A stretch of DNA of 64,000 bases, from contig OZ241326.1 of NCBI GenBank assembly GCA_965199855.1, positions 2,560,001 through 2,624,000 of the forward strand. Reading direction: 5' to 3'. This document shows, piece after piece, positions 36,507 through 46,532 of this stretch. Origin of the DNA: a bacterium. GTDB lineage: Bacteria > UBA8248. Made by a program: the position numbers and the translations under genes. Below the pieces are notes generated by a model. That model had not been told where the DNA came from. It searched no databases and saw only the letters and a program-made list of their open reading frames with translations. Each line of letters starts with the position of its first letter. The stretch's first letter is position 1.

Positions 36507-37133
36507 ATGGCGGATTCACTCCGCGTCTCGGCGATCGTGCTCGCCGCCGGCCTCTCGAAGCGTCTGGGGCGGAACAAGCTCCTGCTGCCCCTGGGCGGCG
36601 AGACCGTCATCCGAAAAACGACGAAGGCACTTCTGGGAAGCGCGGCTTCCGAGGTCGTCCTCGTCACGGGCCGCGACGAGGCCAGGATGAGGGAAGCCCT
36701 GAACGGCCTGGACGTTCGCCTCGCGCACAATCCCCGCTACGCGGAGGGGCAGAGCGCGAGCATGATCGCCGGGCTGCGCGCGGCGGCGGAAGACGCCGAC
36801 GCCTATCTGTTCGCCCTGGGGGATCAGCCCCTGCTGACTCCCCGAATCGTGAACGACATGATGCGTCTTTATGAAGCGTCCCGACCGAATGCGCGGATCG
36901 CGGCGCCCCGGTTCGAGGGCCGGCGCGGCAACCCCGTTCTGTTCTCCGCCGCCCTGAGAGGCGAACTGCTGCAAGCGACCGGGGACGAAGGCGGGAGGCG
37001 AATCATCAAGAAACTGGAAATCGAGTCGCCCGGCAAAGTCGTTTTCCTCGATCTGCCCGATGATGGTATCTTCCTCGACATCGACACAGAGAAAGACTAT
37101 GAAATCGCGCTTCGGAAATTCCCCGAAGCCTAA
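36507..37133 (+). CDS. Molybdenum cofactor cytidylyltransferase-like nucleotidyltransferase (MocA family)
   Basis: IVLAAGLSKRLGRNKLLL, LGDQP, RGNPVLF, GDEGGR, DIDT. Confidence 0.88.
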   Translation: MADSLRVSAIVLAAGLSKRLGRNKLLLPLGGETVIRKTTKALLGSAASEVVLVTGRDEARMREALNGLDVRLAHNPRYAEGQSASMIAGLRAAAEDADAYLFALGDQPLLTPRIVNDMMRLYEASRPNARIAAPRFEGRRGNPVLFSAALRGELLQATGDEGGRRIIKKLEIESPGKVVFLDLPDDGIFLDIDTEKDYEIALRKFPEA

Positions 37134-37157
37134 CTCGCGCAACGAAGGAGCATCCGC

Positions 37158-38315
37158 ATGGCGAAGGCGTTTCAAATCGCATCCGGCCCCCGCGTTCGCT
37201 TTGGTCGGGGAGAGGCGGCTCACGTCGGAGAAGAGGCGAAGAGCCTGGGAATGTCGAGGCCCATGCTCGTCACCGACCCGGGACTCGCCGCAAGCGGGGC
37301 GCTGGACTCCCTGCTGAAGGGGCTGAAAAGCGCGTCGCCCGATTATGCGTTCTACGATCAGGCCGAGGCGAACCCGACGGACGCCAGCATCCTCAGGGCG
37401 GGGGATTTCTATAAAGAGCGCGCCTGCGACGGCTTCATCGCGGCAGGAGGCGGGAGCAGCATGGACACCGCCAAGGCGGCCTTGGCCATCATTGCGAACG
37501 GAGGCGTCCCGAGCGACTACTACGGCCGGGGAAAGGCCACGAAGCCCGGTCCGCCGCTCATAACGGCGCCCACCACGGCGGGCACGGGCAGCGAGGTCAC
37601 ATCGAGCTCCATCGTCACGGACACGAAGCTGAAGATCAAAACAGTCCTGGCAGACCCCTCGCTGTTCGCGCGAGTCGCCGTCGTCGATCCGGCGCTGCTG
37701 GCGGAGCTCCCCTCCCACATTGCGGCGGGCGCGATGATGGACGCCCTCACCCACGCGGTCGAATCCATCGGCTCACCCAATTCGAACCCCTGGACGGAAG
37801 CCCTGGCGCTTCGGGCCATCGCCTGCATCGGCGACCACGGCAGAGCGTACGTGGACGATCCCTCGGATCCGGAGGCGGCCGACGCCGTTTCCATGGCGGC
37901 CACACTCGCCGGGCGCGCGTTCACCAACACCGGCCTCGGCATCGTGCATTCGCTCGCGCATCCGCTGGGCGCCTACCACGGGCTTCACCACGGCACGGCG
38001 AACGGCATCTTCCTGCCGCCCGTCATGGAGTTCAACCTCCCCGCCATGCGGGAGTCTTATGCGCGCATGGTCCCGCTTCTCGTTCGTCCCGACAGGAGGG
38101 GGGACGCGGCGCAGACGGCGGAAGCCGCGATAGAAGCCGTCCGCGAACTCAACAGGGACATCGGCATCCCGCGCACCCTGAGAGAGGCGGACGTCGTGAA
38201 CGAGGACCTGGACGTTCTGGCGAAGGACGCGGCGGAAAGCCACCAGGTCCACACGAACCCCGTTCCCTCGACCCAGGAGGACATGAAGCGCCTTCTGCTG
38301 GAGGCGCTCGAATAA
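37158..38315 (+). CDS. Iron-containing alcohol dehydrogenase
   Basis: GGGSSMDTAK, PTTAGTGSEVT, DALTHAVE, HSLAHPLG..HG. Confidence 0.93.
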   Translation: MAKAFQIASGPRVRFGRGEAAHVGEEAKSLGMSRPMLVTDPGLAASGALDSLLKGLKSASPDYAFYDQAEANPTDASILRAGDFYKERACDGFIAAGGGSSMDTAKAALAIIANGGVPSDYYGRGKATKPGPPLITAPTTAGTGSEVTSSSIVTDTKLKIKTVLADPSLFARVAVVDPALLAELPSHIAAGAMMDALTHAVESIGSPNSNPWTEALALRAIACIGDHGRAYVDDPSDPEAADAVSMAATLAGRAFTNTGLGIVHSLAHPLGAYHGLHHGTANGIFLPPVMEFNLPAMRESYARMVPLLVRPDRRGDAAQTAEAAIEAVRELNRDIGIPRTLREADVVNEDLDVLAKDAAESHQVHTNPVPSTQEDMKRLLLEALE

Positions 38316-38318
38316 GCC

Positions 38319-38840
38319 ATGCCCGCGAACGAAATCCTGATACCCGAGGCGGATATCCACGGCCGCATCCCGAAGCTCGCCGCCGAAATCAACGCGGCTC
38401 TGCCCGCCGGACCGATTCATGTCGTCATGCTGCTCAAGAGCGCCCTCTTCTTCGGCGTCGATCTGACCCGCGCCCTCACGCGCGACGCCACGCTCGGCTT
38501 TCTCGTGGCCTCGAGCTACGGCGCGGGCACGAAAAGCACGGGGCACGTGGAAATCGAGGCGAAGTTTCTCGGCGACATCAAGGGGCGAAACGTCCTGCTC
38601 ATCGACGACATTCTGGATACGGGCCATACGCTCTGGAATACGCTCCCTCTCCTGCGGGAGAAGCGCCCCGCCTCGCTGAGGACGTGCGTTCTGCTCGACA
38701 AGCCCGCGAGAAGGGAAGCGGAGATAAGGGCGGATCACGTCGGCTTCACGATAGAAGATCATTTCGTCGTCGGATACGGGGTGGACTGCGCGGAAGACTA
38801 CCGCACTCTGCCGGACATCCGAATCTATACGCCCGAGTGA
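38319..38840 (+). CDS. hpt: Hypoxanthine phosphoribosyltransferase
   Basis: ASSYG, PRPP loop VLLIDDILDTGHTL, LLDKP, FVVGYGVD. Confidence 0.92.
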   Translation: MPANEILIPEADIHGRIPKLAAEINAALPAGPIHVVMLLKSALFFGVDLTRALTRDATLGFLVASSYGAGTKSTGHVEIEAKFLGDIKGRNVLLIDDILDTGHTLWNTLPLLREKRPASLRTCVLLDKPARREAEIRADHVGFTIEDHFVVGYGVDCAEDYRTLPDIRIYTPE

Positions 38841-39126
38841 GGCCTGCTTCGGCGGCTGCTCATTTATCGCCCGGGGGATGGAGGTCGCCGTGGACGAGTC
38901 GCTGTTTTCCATCGACGACGCGCGCCGCCGGAAAAACCGCCCTCCTGAGCTCTCCCCATGAGTCGTTCATCGCCAAATCGGCGGGATTCGCCCTCGTCCT
39001 GGAGAACGCCGACAGGGCCCACGAGCGCGGGTTCACGGGTCGGCATTCCTGACCGCATCGAGAAGATAGCGGGGCTCCCCGCATAGCGGAGAACAAATCC
39101 ATTTCTCATTCAGGAGCGAACATGCG

Positions 39127-40044
39127 ATGAGCCTTCCCAGGCAGGTCACCATCGTCGAGGTGGGCGCGCGAGACGGCCTTCAGAGTGAAAAACAATACGT
39201 TTCGCCGGAGGAGAAAATCCGACTTCTGAACGCCATCGCCGACGCCGGCGTCCGCCGCATCGAGGCGACGAGCTTCGTCAGCCCGAAGCATGTCCCCCAG
39301 ATGCGCGACGCCAAAGAAGTGCTGGCCGGCTGCAGGCGCGGCCCGGGGGCGGAATACGAAGCCCTGGTTCCCAACGCGCGCGGGATGGAGCGCGCCCTGG
39401 AGTGCGAGCTGGATCGCGTCATGCTGTTCGTCGCCGCCAGCGAGACGTTCAACCAGAAAAATCTGCGGGCGAGCCGGAAGGCGATGCTCGAAGCGGGGCG
39501 CGAAGTCGCCGCGATGGCGCGGAACGCCGGACTCAAGCTCAGGGGAGGCGTCGTCGCCGCGTTCGGATGCCCGTATGAAGGGCGCGTTCCCTATGAGAAT
39601 GTCGAATGGGTGGTGGGCGAATACGCGGACATGGGCTGCGAGGAAATCGCCCTGGCCGATACCGTGGGCATGACGAACCCGGTGGAGACAAAACGGCTCG
39701 TTCAGCGCGTCCGCGGCAAATTCCCCTCCGTTCGCTGCGCGCTCCACCTCCACAACACGAGGGGCGCCGGCCTGGCCAACCTGCTGGCGGGCCTGGAGGC
39801 GGGCGTCGACGCGTTCGACGCCTCCATCGGCGGACTGGGCGGCTGTCCCTTCGCGCCGCGCGCCACCGGCAACATCGCAAGCGAGGACGCGATCAACATG
39901 CTCCACGAGATGGGAATCGAAACCGGCGTCCGCCTCCCGAAACTCCTGGAGGCCGTCGCCCACGCCGAGGAAATCCTGAACCGCCAGCTGCCGGGACAGC
40001 TCCTCCACGCAGGCGCCCCCGAGTGGACGCCGTCCGCAGCATGA
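39127..40044 (+). CDS. Hydroxymethylglutaryl-CoA lyase family protein
   Basis: EVGARDGLQSE, HLHNTRG, GGLGGCPFAPRATGNIASED. Confidence 0.92.
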   Translation: MSLPRQVTIVEVGARDGLQSEKQYVSPEEKIRLLNAIADAGVRRIEATSFVSPKHVPQMRDAKEVLAGCRRGPGAEYEALVPNARGMERALECELDRVMLFVAASETFNQKNLRASRKAMLEAGREVAAMARNAGLKLRGGVVAAFGCPYEGRVPYENVEWVVGEYADMGCEEIALADTVGMTNPVETKRLVQRVRGKFPSVRCALHLHNTRGAGLANLLAGLEAGVDAFDASIGGLGGCPFAPRATGNIASEDAINMLHEMGIETGVRLPKLLEAVAHAEEILNRQLPGQLLHAGAPEWTPSAA

Positions 40045-40138
40045 GGCAATTTGGGGGATAACGAATGAGCATTTTTCAGACCTTTGCCGAGTCTGACCAT
40101 TCCATGCTCTCATCATCTGCAGACAACGGAAGAATCGA

Positions 40139-40960
40139 ATGACGGAAAATCTCATTCACGGAATCGACTTTTCCGGCAACGTGGAAATGTGGGAGCCGCG
40201 TTGCGGAAGATCCAACGTCTGGATCGCAACAGCAAGACTGGGAGCGAATCAGCCCGAACTATTAAAGCTCGGGAGTGTGCAGGAATTGCCGGGCGAGGTT
40301 CATCCCTTCGACCGACTGGTGAAATTGCTCACAGACGCTAATTATATCGCAACCTCGATCGACGCTCCTTTCTCGCTTCCAGCCCGCCACATGCCGAAGG
40401 GCGGTTTTCCGGCGCTTCTGAAAGCGGTTAATGCGTTTGAAAAGGAAGGCCAACCTTTCGCAAAAGCCGAACAATTAGTCCGTTACGCCGAAAGCATTAA
40501 GCCCAAAAAAGAAAATAAGCCGATGCGCGCGACCGAAGCTCTCTGGAAGCGGCAAGGCGCTAATGTTCGATCAACACTGTGGAACGGCCCGCGGGGCGGA
40601 GCGCCTTTCACTACCGCCTGCCTTACTTTGCTCGCCAAGGCGGGGCGGCCGGTTTGGCCTTGGGCCAAAAATGGGACCGGACTACTCGTGGAAGCCTTCC
40701 CAGCAGGGCAACTACGTTGTTGGGGATTGCCTGATAGGGGTTATGCGAATGGAGCATCAACCCGACGCAAGATTCTCCAAAGGCTCAGCAACCGAATCGT
40801 TCTGCCCGCTACGCTACGCTCTAAGTGTTTGGACAACGCGGACGCGCTGGACGCTGTGCTATGCCTCTTCTCAGCTATCGCGGCGGCGAGTGGCGCAGCG
40901 CCTTGCGAGAATAGAAAAGCAGCGGAAACCGAAGGCTGGATCGCCGTTCATCCTGCTTAA
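40139..40960 (+). CDS. DUF429-like protein (predicted RNase H-fold nuclease), lower GC
   Basis: GIDFSG, SIDAPFSLP, RATE, VEAFP, DALDA..EGWI motif set. Confidence 0.7.
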   Translation: MTENLIHGIDFSGNVEMWEPRCGRSNVWIATARLGANQPELLKLGSVQELPGEVHPFDRLVKLLTDANYIATSIDAPFSLPARHMPKGGFPALLKAVNAFEKEGQPFAKAEQLVRYAESIKPKKENKPMRATEALWKRQGANVRSTLWNGPRGGAPFTTACLTLLAKAGRPVWPWAKNGTGLLVEAFPAGQLRCWGLPDRGYANGASTRRKILQRLSNRIVLPATLRSKCLDNADALDAVLCLFSAIAAASGAAPCENRKAAETEGWIAVHPA

Positions 40961-41028
40961 CATTCCGATTTGGCGCGGAACCTCCCTATAAATTCGATGA
41001 ATCCTTGACTTCGCTCGCCGAAACTGAT

Positions 41029-41043
41029 TGTATGCAATATACA
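41029..41043. promoter_or_regulatory. Putative GntR/FCD-family operator
   Basis: TGTAT-N5-ATACA palindrome in the AT-rich promoter region (TTGACT at 41005) of an operon ending in a GntR gene. Confidence 0.55.
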
Positions 41044-41059
41044 CTCTGGGAGACTATCG

Positions 41060-42622
41060 TTGCCGTCGGAACCTGACCAGCAAAAATCGATAGACGAACT
41101 GAAAGAACTCACTTCCAAGGCGCGGGCGCTGGGCGGCGAGGCGGCGAAGGAGCGCCAGCGCGCGCAGGGGAAACTGACCGCCAGGGAGCGGATCGATCTC
41201 CTGCTGGACGCAGGTACCTTCTCGGAAATCAACCTCTTCGTCGAAACGCGCTCCTCGGATTTCGGGATGGACGCAAGGCGCGCGCCCGGCGACGGCGTCG
41301 TCACCGGCAGCGGATGCGTGAACGGCCAGCTCATGTTCGTGGCCTCGCAGGACTTCGGCACCCTCGGCGGCTCGCTGGGGGAGATGCACGCGGAAAAAAT
41401 CGTCAAAATCCAGGAACTCGCCTTGAAGGCGGGCGCGCCCATCGTCACGATTCTCGACTCGGGCGGAGCGCGCATTCACGAGGGCGTTCTCGCGCTTCAC
41501 GGCTACGCGCGCATCTTCCAGCGCAACACGCGCGCGTCGGGCGTCATCCCCCAAATCTCCGTCATCCTCGGCCCCTGCGCCGGCGGCGCGGTCTATTCGC
41601 CCGCCCTCACGGACTTCGTCTTCATGGTGGACGGGCTGAGCAAGATGTTCATCACGGGGCCGGACGTCATCAAGGCGGTGACGGGAGAGGACGTGTCCGT
41701 CGAGGCGCTGGGCGGCGGGGCGGTTCACAGCGCGACGAGCGGGAACGCGCACTTTCTAGCCAAAGACGAGCGCGAATGCTTCCTGCTGGTGAAGAAGCTG
41801 CTCTCCTTCCTCCCCTCGAACAACCTCGACGATCCGCCTCTTGCCGAAGCCTCGGCGTGGCCGCCCGATGAGAACCCCGAGCTGGACGATGTCGTCCCCT
41901 CCGACGCCGCGCGCGCCTACGACGTTCGGAATCTGATCGCGGGCGTTTTCGACGAAGGCGATTTTCTCGAGGTTCAGCCGGAGTTCGCCAGGAACATCGT
42001 CGTCGGATTCGCCCGCCTGGGCGGGCGGCCCGTCGGCGTCGTGGGAAGCCAGCCCACGCATCTGGCAGGCGTCCTGGACATCGACAGCTCCGACAAGCTC
42101 GCTCGCTTCGTGCGCTTCTGCGACGCCTTCAGCCTCCCCCTCGTCAACTTCGTGGACGTGCCCGGCTACCTGCCCGGCACCCAGCAGGAATACGGGGGCG
42201 TCATCCGGCACGGCGCCAAGGTGCTCTTCGCCTACAGCGAAGCGACCGTTCCGAAGATAGCCCTCATCGTCCGGAAAAGCTACGGCGGCGCCTATATCGC
42301 GATGAGCGGATTCGGCCTGGGCTACGACCGCGTTCTCGCCTATCCGTTCGCAGAGATCGCCGTGATGGGGCCCGACGGCGCCGCCAACGTCATCTTCAGG
42401 CGCGAGATTGGCGAAGCGCAGGACCCCGAAGGGGTTCGCCGGGAGAAAATAGCGGAATACAGGGAACGCTTCGCCAAGCCCTATGCGGCGGCGAAGCTGG
42501 GGCTCGTGGACGACGTCATCGAGCCGCGTAGCACGAGAGGAGCGCTCATCCGCGCCCTGGAGATGACCGCGCGCAAGCGGGAGGAGCGCCCCCGGAAAAA
42601 GCACGGAAACATTCCGCTCTGA
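41060..42622 (+). CDS. Acyl-CoA carboxyltransferase (methylmalonyl-CoA decarboxylase alpha / PccB family)
   Basis: GKLTARERI, DSGGARIHEG, GPCAGGAVYSP, DVPGYLPG, KKHGNIPL. Confidence 0.93.
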   Translation: MPSEPDQQKSIDELKELTSKARALGGEAAKERQRAQGKLTARERIDLLLDAGTFSEINLFVETRSSDFGMDARRAPGDGVVTGSGCVNGQLMFVASQDFGTLGGSLGEMHAEKIVKIQELALKAGAPIVTILDSGGARIHEGVLALHGYARIFQRNTRASGVIPQISVILGPCAGGAVYSPALTDFVFMVDGLSKMFITGPDVIKAVTGEDVSVEALGGGAVHSATSGNAHFLAKDERECFLLVKKLLSFLPSNNLDDPPLAEASAWPPDENPELDDVVPSDAARAYDVRNLIAGVFDEGDFLEVQPEFARNIVVGFARLGGRPVGVVGSQPTHLAGVLDIDSSDKLARFVRFCDAFSLPLVNFVDVPGYLPGTQQEYGGVIRHGAKVLFAYSEATVPKIALIVRKSYGGAYIAMSGFGLGYDRVLAYPFAEIAVMGPDGAANVIFRREIGEAQDPEGVRREKIAEYRERFAKPYAAAKLGLVDDVIEPRSTRGALIRALEMTARKREERPRKKHGNIPL

Positions 42623-42637
42623 AGCGAGGATTTCTCT

Positions 42638-42958
42638 GTGAATGCGTTCACGCCAGGATTTCTGCTGACCATCATCGGCATGGGCGTCGTATTCGGCTCC
42701 CTGATTGTCCTGATGGTCGTCATCCAGCTGCTGGAGAGGTTCTTCGGCGGAGGGCGAGCAGGGGATGCGGGCGCGGAGGGGGGCAGAGCCGCGCCCGGGG
42801 ACGACGACCTGGAGGTCGTCCTGGCGGCGGCCGCCGGATATTTTCTGGAGACCGAAGGCCCCGAGGTTCGCGTTCCGAACGTGCGGCGCGCCGCGGATTC
42901 CGCGTGGGCAAGAGCCGCCCGCCCAGGCCGATCCCTTGACCTATGGAGCAGGCGTTGA
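42638..42958 (+). CDS. Na+-translocating decarboxylase gamma/delta subunit (OadG/MmdD family)
   Basis: IGMGVVFGSLIVL TM, VVLAAAA, SAW..AAR. Confidence 0.8.
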   Translation: MNAFTPGFLLTIIGMGVVFGSLIVLMVVIQLLERFFGGGRAGDAGAEGGRAAPGDDDLEVVLAAAAGYFLETEGPEVRVPNVRRAADSAWARAARPGRSLDLWSRR

Positions 42959-43031
42959 GCAATTCCCGGCCGCTAACGGCCCGGACGACGAACCCAGATT
43001 TCCAGCCACCCTCCATCCGGCGGAGACGGCG

Positions 43032-43439
43032 TTGAAGAACTTTCGCCTGATCGTCAACGGAAAGCGCCGCGAGGTGAGCGTCGAGCGCGTCCCCGACTCG
43101 AAGGAGCTCGAAGTCACAATAGACGGCCGGACGCATCGCGTACAGGTGGAAGAGGAGGAGACGGCCGCTCCCTCCGCTCCCCGCCCATCCGCCGTGCGAA
43201 GGCCGGCTCCTCAGCCGACGGGCGGCGGCGGGAAAATACTCGCTCCGCTTCCGGGCGTGGTTCTCTCCGTCGAGGCGGCGCCGGGCGACAAGGCGCGCGC
43301 GGGGGACGCGCTTCTGGTCCTGGAGGCGATGAAGATGGAGAATGTGATTTCGGCGGATTCCGACTGCACGATTCAGGCGGTTCACGTGCGAAAGGGCGAC
43401 AAGGTGGAAGCCTCCCAGCTGCTGATGGAAGTTTCATGA
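43032..43439 (+). CDS. Biotin carboxyl carrier subunit (MmdC-like)
   Basis: TTG start [11 protein letters not shown], Ala/Pro linker, [13 protein letters not shown] biotinylation motif. Confidence 0.9.
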   Translation: MKNFRLIVNGKRREVSVERVPDSKELEVTIDGRTHRVQVEEEETAAPSAPRPSAVRRPAPQPTGGGGKILAPLPGVVLSVEAAPGDKARAGDALLVLEAMKMENVISADSDCTIQAVHVRKGDKVEASQLLMEVS

Positions 43440-44566
43440 GCATGAGCCGCCTCTCCTCCTCGGTCGCCGACTTCGTCTTCGTCACCGGCTTCGCCGCCAT
43501 GGAAGCCGGCGACCTCCTCATGCTCGGCGTCTCCTGTCTTCTGCTCTACCTCGCCATCCAGAAAGGCTTCGAACCTCTGTTGCTGGTGCCCATCGGATTC
43601 GGAATGTTGCTCTCCAACCTGCCCGAGACCGGCATATTCGAGGAGGGCGGCCTCATCCATTACTTTTATTTCGGGGTGAAGGCCGGCGTGTTTCCACCCC
43701 TGATCTTCATGGGCATCGGCGCGCTGACGGACTTCGGCCCCCTGCTGGCGAACCCGAAGACGCTTCTCCTGGGCGCGGCGGCGCAGTTCGGCATCTTCGC
43801 CACCCTCATCGGGAGCATCTTCCTGGGCTTCAGCCTGCCCGAAGCCGGCGCCATCGGCATCATCGGCGGAGCGGACGGCCCCACGGCCATCTACACCGCC
43901 TCCAAACTGGCGCCCCACCTGCTCGGCCCCATCGCCGTGGCCGCCTACAGCTACATGGCGCTCGTTCCCATGATCCAGCCCCCCATCATGCGGGCACTCA
44001 CCACCGAGGAGGAGCGCAGACGGACGATGACGCAGCTCCGGGAAATCGAAAAGCCCGTCCGCATCCTCTTTCCCATCGTCACAACGCTGCTCACGGGCCT
44101 CCTGCTGCCTTCGGCCGCGCCCCTCATCGGGATGCTCATGCTCGGCAATCTCTTCCGCGAGTGCGGCGTCGTCGAGCGGCTTCTGAAAACCTCCGAGGAC
44201 GCGCTGCTCAACATGGTGACGATATTCCTCGGCGTCTCCGTGGGCGCCTCAATGACGGCCGAGAGTTTTCTGAAATGGGAGACCATCGGCATCCTTCTGC
44301 TGGGGTTCGTCGCCTTCGGCATCGGAACCGCCACCGGCGTGATCTTCGGGAAGATCATGGCCGCGCTCAGCAGCGCGTCGATCAACCCTCTCATCGGCGC
44401 GGCGGGGGTGAGCGCGGTCCCCATGGCGGCGCGCGTGGTTCAGAAAGTGGGGACGGACGAAAACCCCGGGAACTTCCTGCTCATGCACGCCATGGGTCCC
44501 AACGTGGCCGGCGTCATCGGCTCGGCGATTGCGGCCGGCGTGCTGATATCGCTAATCCAAACCTGA
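43436..44566 (+). CDS. Na+-translocating decarboxylase beta subunit (OadB/MmdB family)
   Basis: [57 protein letters not shown]. Confidence 0.95.
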   Translation: MSMSRLSSSVADFVFVTGFAAMEAGDLLMLGVSCLLLYLAIQKGFEPLLLVPIGFGMLLSNLPETGIFEEGGLIHYFYFGVKAGVFPPLIFMGIGALTDFGPLLANPKTLLLGAAAQFGIFATLIGSIFLGFSLPEAGAIGIIGGADGPTAIYTASKLAPHLLGPIAVAAYSYMALVPMIQPPIMRALTTEEERRRTMTQLREIEKPVRILFPIVTTLLTGLLLPSAAPLIGMLMLGNLFRECGVVERLLKTSEDALLNMVTIFLGVSVGASMTAESFLKWETIGILLLGFVAFGIGTATGVIFGKIMAALSSASINPLIGAAGVSAVPMAARVVQKVGTDENPGNFLLMHAMGPNVAGVIGSAIAAGVLISLIQT

Positions 44567-44581
44567 CGGAGCGAAACCCTC

Positions 44582-45772
44582 ATGGCTGGACCACTCGAAG
44601 GCATCCGGGTCGTCGATCTGACGCGAATTCTGGCGGGGCCCTACTGCACCATGATGCTGGGCGACATGGGCGCCGAAGTCATCAAGATCGAAAACCCAGA
44701 CGGCGGCGACGATACGCGAAGCTGGGGCCCGCCCTTCCTGAACGGGGTGAGCACGTATTTCCTCTCCATCAACCGGAACAAGAAAAGCCTCACGCTCAAT
44801 CTCAAGGACGAGCGCGGAAAAGGACTTCTGCGGGATCTGATTCGCAAGGGCGACGTGATGGTGGAGAATTTCCGGCCCGGCGCGCTGGAGAAGCTCGGAT
44901 TCTCCTGGGAGGAAATCCACCGCCTCAACCCAAGGATGATTTTCGCCTCGCTCTCCGGCTTCGGCCAGACCGGCCCCCGCAAGAGTGAACCCGGCTTTGA
45001 CGTGGTCATCCAGGGCGAGGGCGGGGTGATGAGCATCACGGGAGACCCCGACGGCCCGCCCACCAAGGTGGGCGCCTCCGTCGCGGACATCACGGCGGGA
45101 ATGCTCGCCGCCCAGGGCGTCATGCTCGCCCTCTACCACCGGGAGAAAACGGGAGTCGGCCAGATGGTGGACGTGAGCATGCTGGACGGGCAGGTGGCCC
45201 TGCTCACCTACCATGCTAACGGCTACTTCGCCACCGGCCGCGTTCCGCCGAGGCGGGGGAACAGGCACCCCTCCATCACGCCCTACGAGACCTACTCGTG
45301 CCGGGATGGGTACTTCAACCTGGGCGTGGGCAACGACAGCCTGTGGCGAAGATTCTGCGACGCGATGGGGCTGGAGAGCGTCAAGGAAGCCCCCAGGTTC
45401 GCCGTCAACAAGGATCGGGTGAACAACCGCGAAGAACTCCAGCAGATTCTCGACGCCTTTTTCGCCGAAAAGACGGTGGCGGAGACGCTCGAGGCCCTGC
45501 GGGGAGCCGGCATCCCGTGCGGCCCGATCAACGACCTCGGCCAGGCGCTGACCGAGCCCCAGGTCCTCGCCCGCGAGATGGTGGTGGACATCCACGCGCC
45601 CGTCGCCGGCCCCACGAAGGTAACGGGCGTGCCCATCAAGCTCTCGGCGACCCCGGGCGCCGTGCGGACTCCGCCGCCCGCCCTGGGCCAGCACACCGAA
45701 GAGGTGCTCGAAGCCGTCCTCGGGCTGGACGAGGCGCAAAGAAGCGCCCTTCGGGAAGCGGGCGCGGTCTGA
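44582..45772 (+). CDS. Family III CoA-transferase (CaiB/BaiF)
   Basis: DLTRILAGP, GAEVIKIE, NRNKKS, ENFRPG, SGFGQTGP, PALGQHT. Confidence 0.94.
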   Translation: MAGPLEGIRVVDLTRILAGPYCTMMLGDMGAEVIKIENPDGGDDTRSWGPPFLNGVSTYFLSINRNKKSLTLNLKDERGKGLLRDLIRKGDVMVENFRPGALEKLGFSWEEIHRLNPRMIFASLSGFGQTGPRKSEPGFDVVIQGEGGVMSITGDPDGPPTKVGASVADITAGMLAAQGVMLALYHREKTGVGQMVDVSMLDGQVALLTYHANGYFATGRVPPRRGNRHPSITPYETYSCRDGYFNLGVGNDSLWRRFCDAMGLESVKEAPRFAVNKDRVNNREELQQILDAFFAEKTVAETLEALRGAGIPCGPINDLGQALTEPQVLAREMVVDIHAPVAGPTKVTGVPIKLSATPGAVRTPPPALGQHTEEVLEAVLGLDEAQRSALREAGAV

Positions 45773-45851
45773 GGCCCGGCGCGCGGACGCCCGACAGGGG
45801 CTCCCGCGTCATCAGGCCGCAGGGGCAGGAAGGAACGAGCTGAGGACAAAC

Positions 45852-46520
45852 ATGCGGATACCGGGCGTTCAAATCAAAAAGCCCAAATCCCTGAGCAAAA
45901 TGGCGGCCGAGCAGATAAAGGACGCCATCCTGAATGGAACCCTCCAGCCGGGCGACAAGCTTGTCGAGACCTCGCTCACCGAGTCCATGGGCGTGAGCAG
46001 AACCCCGCTTCGGGAAGCCTTCCGGGAGCTCGCGGCGGAAGGCTACATCACCGTCGTCCCCTACAAGGGCGCGCGCGTGAGCCGCCTGAGCGAAGACGAA
46101 GTTCTGGATATTTACGCCATCACCAGCGTGCTGGAGGGCCTCGCCACGCGCCTCGCCACCCCGAGCCTCCGGGAAGGGCGGGCGAGCGAAGCGCTCCACC
46201 GTTTTTTTCAACAGCTGAAGCGGCGTCACGAGCGCGGCGAAGTGGACGCCTACTGGGCGGCGAACCGCGACTTCCACCGGCACATCACGAGCGCCTGCGG
46301 GAATTCGAGGCTTCAGACGCTCATCGGAAGCCTGCGGCAGCAAATCATGAAGACCCGCGTGCTGACGCTCCACGCGCCCGATCGCCTCGACGGCTCCATG
46401 GCCGAGCATGAGGAAATTCTAGGAGCCATTCTCGAAGGCGACGGCAGAGCCGCCGAGCGTCTGGTGATAAGGCATCTGGAAATTCAGGGAAAATTCGTGC
46501 TGGACCTCATCAAGAAATAA
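45852..46520 (+). CDS. GntR family transcriptional regulator (FCD domain)
   Basis: wHTH GVSRTPLREA, NRDFH, EHEEIL..RHL. Confidence 0.93.
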   Translation: MRIPGVQIKKPKSLSKMAAEQIKDAILNGTLQPGDKLVETSLTESMGVSRTPLREAFRELAAEGYITVVPYKGARVSRLSEDEVLDIYAITSVLEGLATRLATPSLREGRASEALHRFFQQLKRRHERGEVDAYWAANRDFHRHITSACGNSRLQTLIGSLRQQIMKTRVLTLHAPDRLDGSMAEHEEILGAILEGDGRAAERLVIRHLEIQGKFVLDLIKK

Positions 46521-46532
46521 CCCGCTTCCGGT

